Of a DNA stretch of 64,000 bases, positions 61,449-64,000 are shown piece by piece. Source of the stretch: Promethearchaeota archaeon (GTDB taxonomy: Archaea > Asgardarchaeota > Lokiarchaeia > Sigyniarchaeales > SOKP01); NCBI GenBank assembly GCA_016839585.1, contig JAEOTZ010000016.1, positions 15,215 to 79,214 on the forward strand. The letters are read 5' to 3'. A program made the translations under genes and the position numbers. The notes beneath the pieces are model-generated. The model saw only the letters and a list, made by a program, of their open reading frames with translations, did not search any database and had not been told where the DNA came from. Each line of letters opens with the position of its first letter. Position 1 is the first letter of the stretch.

Positions 61449-62120
61449 TTATCTAAATACCACTTCTTGTTGATGTCCACTTTCAGACCAATCTCTTGCA
61501 TCACGCAATCGACTAAATAGATCTAACCTGTCGATTGCTTTCAGACGATTAAAAATTAAGACCCAGCCACAATCCTTCTCGTAATTGCCCACTTCACATT
61601 TACCATCAACCATACCACCACAGGGCCCATTCATGAGCCCTTTAGCGCAGGTAGCAATAGGACAAATTCCACCTGTATAATTTAAATAACAATCACCACA
61701 GGCTCTACATCGCATATAGAACCTACCAATTCTCTCAGTCATACCAATAAATTTTGTATTATTGGAGACAAGAACTGGTTTTTCTGGATATTTGTTCTCT
61801 AGTACCTTTACTATACTCTGAGCCCCCAATCCACAACTAGCGGTTAAGATTGCGTCAGATTCTTGAATTTCGTCATCAATTTTGCGAAGATCCTTTTTCA
61901 TAACTCTATTATCACATACATCCTCAGAAACTATAACAGCAGTAATTTCATATCCTTTTTCTATTAAAAGGTCATTCCATTCTTTTGCACCTTCTGTCCC
62001 TCCAGTTTGGCAAAGAGCAGCACAAGTGCCACAACTTACAATAGCTAATTTCTTGATTTTATAGTTCTCCAACGCTTCGATTACTTCTTCAGTTGGTTTT
62101 TTTGTTGTTATAACAACCAT
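61449..62120 (-). CDS. metV: MTHFR-associated FeS subunit
   Basis: CGTCAALCQTGG, CRACGDC...CP...CAKGLMNGPCGG...CEV...CGW; adjacent to metF. Confidence 0.88.
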   Translation of the reverse strand: MVVITTKKPTEEVIEALENYKIKKLAIVSCGTCAALCQTGGTEGAKEWNDLLIEKGYEITAVIVSEDVCDNRVMKKDLRKIDDEIQESDAILTASCGLGAQSIVKVLENKYPEKPVLVSNNTKFIGMTERIGRFYMRCRACGDCYLNYTGGICPIATCAKGLMNGPCGGMVDGKCEVGNYEKDCGWVLIFNRLKAIDRLDLFSRLRDARDWSESGHQQEVVFR

Positions 62121-62510
62121 TTTAATTTAACCATATTTATTTATATTCTATATAGATATCCTTAAATAGGGAAATTAACAAATACATAAAAAATTAATTA
62201 TTATTTTTTATCATATTTATTAAATTGCATAGTTTGAAAAGACTAAATTTATTATTATATTGACAAAAATCATATTCATTTTGTAAAAATTATACATTTT
62301 TGTTGTTTTTAGAAAGATAATTAATGAAATTTAATCATATTATTTTTCGAATTAAGTAATTAATTTATAGAAAAGTTAAAGAAAAAAAGAAATCTAAAAG
62401 GAGGATTAGAATAACTATAAATTCTTTAAAAAATAATATTATTGAGATAATAAGTTGAGCTGATTTATTATTCTTAGAAAAAAAGGAAAAAAAGAAAAAA
62501 CTAAAATTAT

Positions 62511-63989
62511 TTACAATAATGCTGGTAAAATCCTAGCCAAAGGAACTGCTAGACCGCCAAGTAATGAACCAATAGAACTGATTTTTTTAAGATAATCCTT
62601 AATATTTTTTGTAACTTTTACTGTTCTTGTCTTACCCTCTATAATTGTACCTTCTGAAGAGAGTAAAAAGATTTGGACTGTTTGTTCTCCTGTTTCTCTT
62701 GGTTCTAAGGTTAGCCATGTCGTATCCCCATTCTCTAACATCGTGGACAATACACCAGCAATATCGGTACTTCCAGAAGAAATTAATGGTATAGGTTTAT
62801 CAGGAATCATAAATGTACCTCGCCCTTCAACTTCAATATTAAGAACCATCTCAGTGGGATCAAACCCTGGTGCCACTACCTTCACAGTATATTTTTTATT
62901 TTCAGGGGCGTTATTGTAAAGAAAAACCATTACATTTAACTCAGAATTTAGGTAAACAACTTCCTGTGCTGATGAATCCATATATATTGGATCTTTTGAT
63001 ACTCGTTCAATATTATCAGCTAGCTCTAATTGTAATCTGTCTATGATGTTGAAAAATCCAGGATTGAATTTTTTAATGTAATTAAATAATTTATAGATAT
63101 CTTTTACTGAAAAATACCAAGCACTTTCCATGAAAACACCTTTCTCAACATCAAAATTATCTGAATTTACGTCAATAATTTCTCTTAATTCTTGAATTAA
63201 TTGATCTTCTGATAAAACTTCCTGAAATTTCAGGTAATAGAGAAATAGTAGCTTTTCAATAGCAAAAGTAATAGGTAATTCTTCCTCTTCTTGCTCTTTT
63301 ACTTTTTGAATGAAATCGGGAGTTAGAATTTTGTTTAATTCTGCTAAATATTCGTCCCATTTAAGAAAGGTAACTGGATCTAAATGATTTGATAAGATTT
63401 CTGCGAAAAAATTATCCAAAAATAAGGAATGAGTTGTTGGCTTGTAAAAGTCTTGAAGACCATTTACATCATGGATATTGAGGTTTAAACTACGGATTAA
63501 TATAGATAATCCTAAACCTACTAACGCAAAACCAGCAGCAGCAAATCCTATGTCAAGAACATCAAGAGCTAACATAACTACAAATAATATTATTGCAGTA
63601 AAACAAATAAGCGAAATAAATTTTAATAAATTTGTAACTCTTTTAACGCTGCTTGAAAGTAAGCCAAATCCATCAAGACTATCTATTGGCCTCCCTCTCT
63701 TTCGTTCAAACTTTAATCTCATTTTAAGAGAACTTTCGGTAGAACTTGCACCTAGTAATAACATAAAGGAATTGAATGCATAAACAACTATAACTATTAA
63801 ATAAATTACTTTTAATGTAAAATCAAGTGCTCCAACTGCAAAAAACGCAAGAAGCGTAACTATTAACAAGGCTATAGGTAATATGAATAGTAAGAGTTTC
63901 CCGACCTTAGAGATGTAACTTATCATTTTACCTTGAAATCTTTCTTTCTTGATAATTGCCTTTAAATCCCTTTCTAATACTGCTTCCAT
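62511..63989 (-). CDS. Hypothetical membrane protein (four N-terminal TM helices, C-terminal beta-rich domain)
   Basis: 492-aa ORF with hydrophobic N-terminal helices and a GTGAT SD at the window end. Confidence 0.75.
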   Translation of the reverse strand: MEAVLERDLKAIIKKERFQGKMISYISKVGKLLLFILPIALLIVTLLAFFAVGALDFTLKVIYLIVIVVYAFNSFMLLLGASSTESSLKMRLKFERKRGRPIDSLDGFGLLSSSVKRVTNLLKFISLICFTAIILFVVMLALDVLDIGFAAAGFALVGLGLSILIRSLNLNIHDVNGLQDFYKPTTHSLFLDNFFAEILSNHLDPVTFLKWDEYLAELNKILTPDFIQKVKEQEEEELPITFAIEKLLFLYYLKFQEVLSEDQLIQELREIIDVNSDNFDVEKGVFMESAWYFSVKDIYKLFNYIKKFNPGFFNIIDRLQLELADNIERVSKDPIYMDSSAQEVVYLNSELNVMVFLYNNAPENKKYTVKVVAPGFDPTEMVLNIEVEGRGTFMIPDKPIPLISSGSTDIAGVLSTMLENGDTTWLTLEPRETGEQTVQIFLLSSEGTIIEGKTRTVKVTKNIKDYLKKISSIGSLLGGLAVPLARILPALL

Positions 63990-64000
63990 ACTATTATCAC

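Overview
A very AT-rich, gene-dense archaeal chromosome segment that looks like Asgard archaea (Lokiarchaeia/Promethearchaeota). The assignment is inferred from Rab-like small GTPases, Loki-CTERM-like IPGY/ISSY-TM-basic tails, multi-PAS histidine kinases, CDC48, TrmB, and a tRNA with a BHB-type intron. Most of it is metabolic or housekeeping: acyl-CoA dehydrogenase, AOR, Hrq1/MrfA helicase, FGGY kinase, ABC exporter, LysR-DsrE-TusA, CdhD, dapF-lysA/dapA-dapB, two PAS kinases plus a receiver, AbfD, hsp20-cdc48-HTH, MetE-core/MT2/corrinoid, an orphan N6-MTase, a LuxE-like protein and metV-metF. I see no CRISPR array, rRNA or intact mobile element. The most notable observations are: (1) a circularly permuted (G3-G4-G5-G1-G2), tail-anchored Rab-like GTPase; (2) at least three, probably four, genes whose conserved N-termini need ATT/ATA start codons; (3) an unannotated box C/D sRNA candidate whose two guides match both strands of SSU rRNA helix 34; (4) tRNA-Pro(UGG) with a 29-nt intron at non-canonical position 43/44; (5) a putative ubiquitin-like/polyproline/membrane-anchored protein and an arrestin/Spo0M-like protein. 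All family calls come from motif recognition by eye; no database searches were run.
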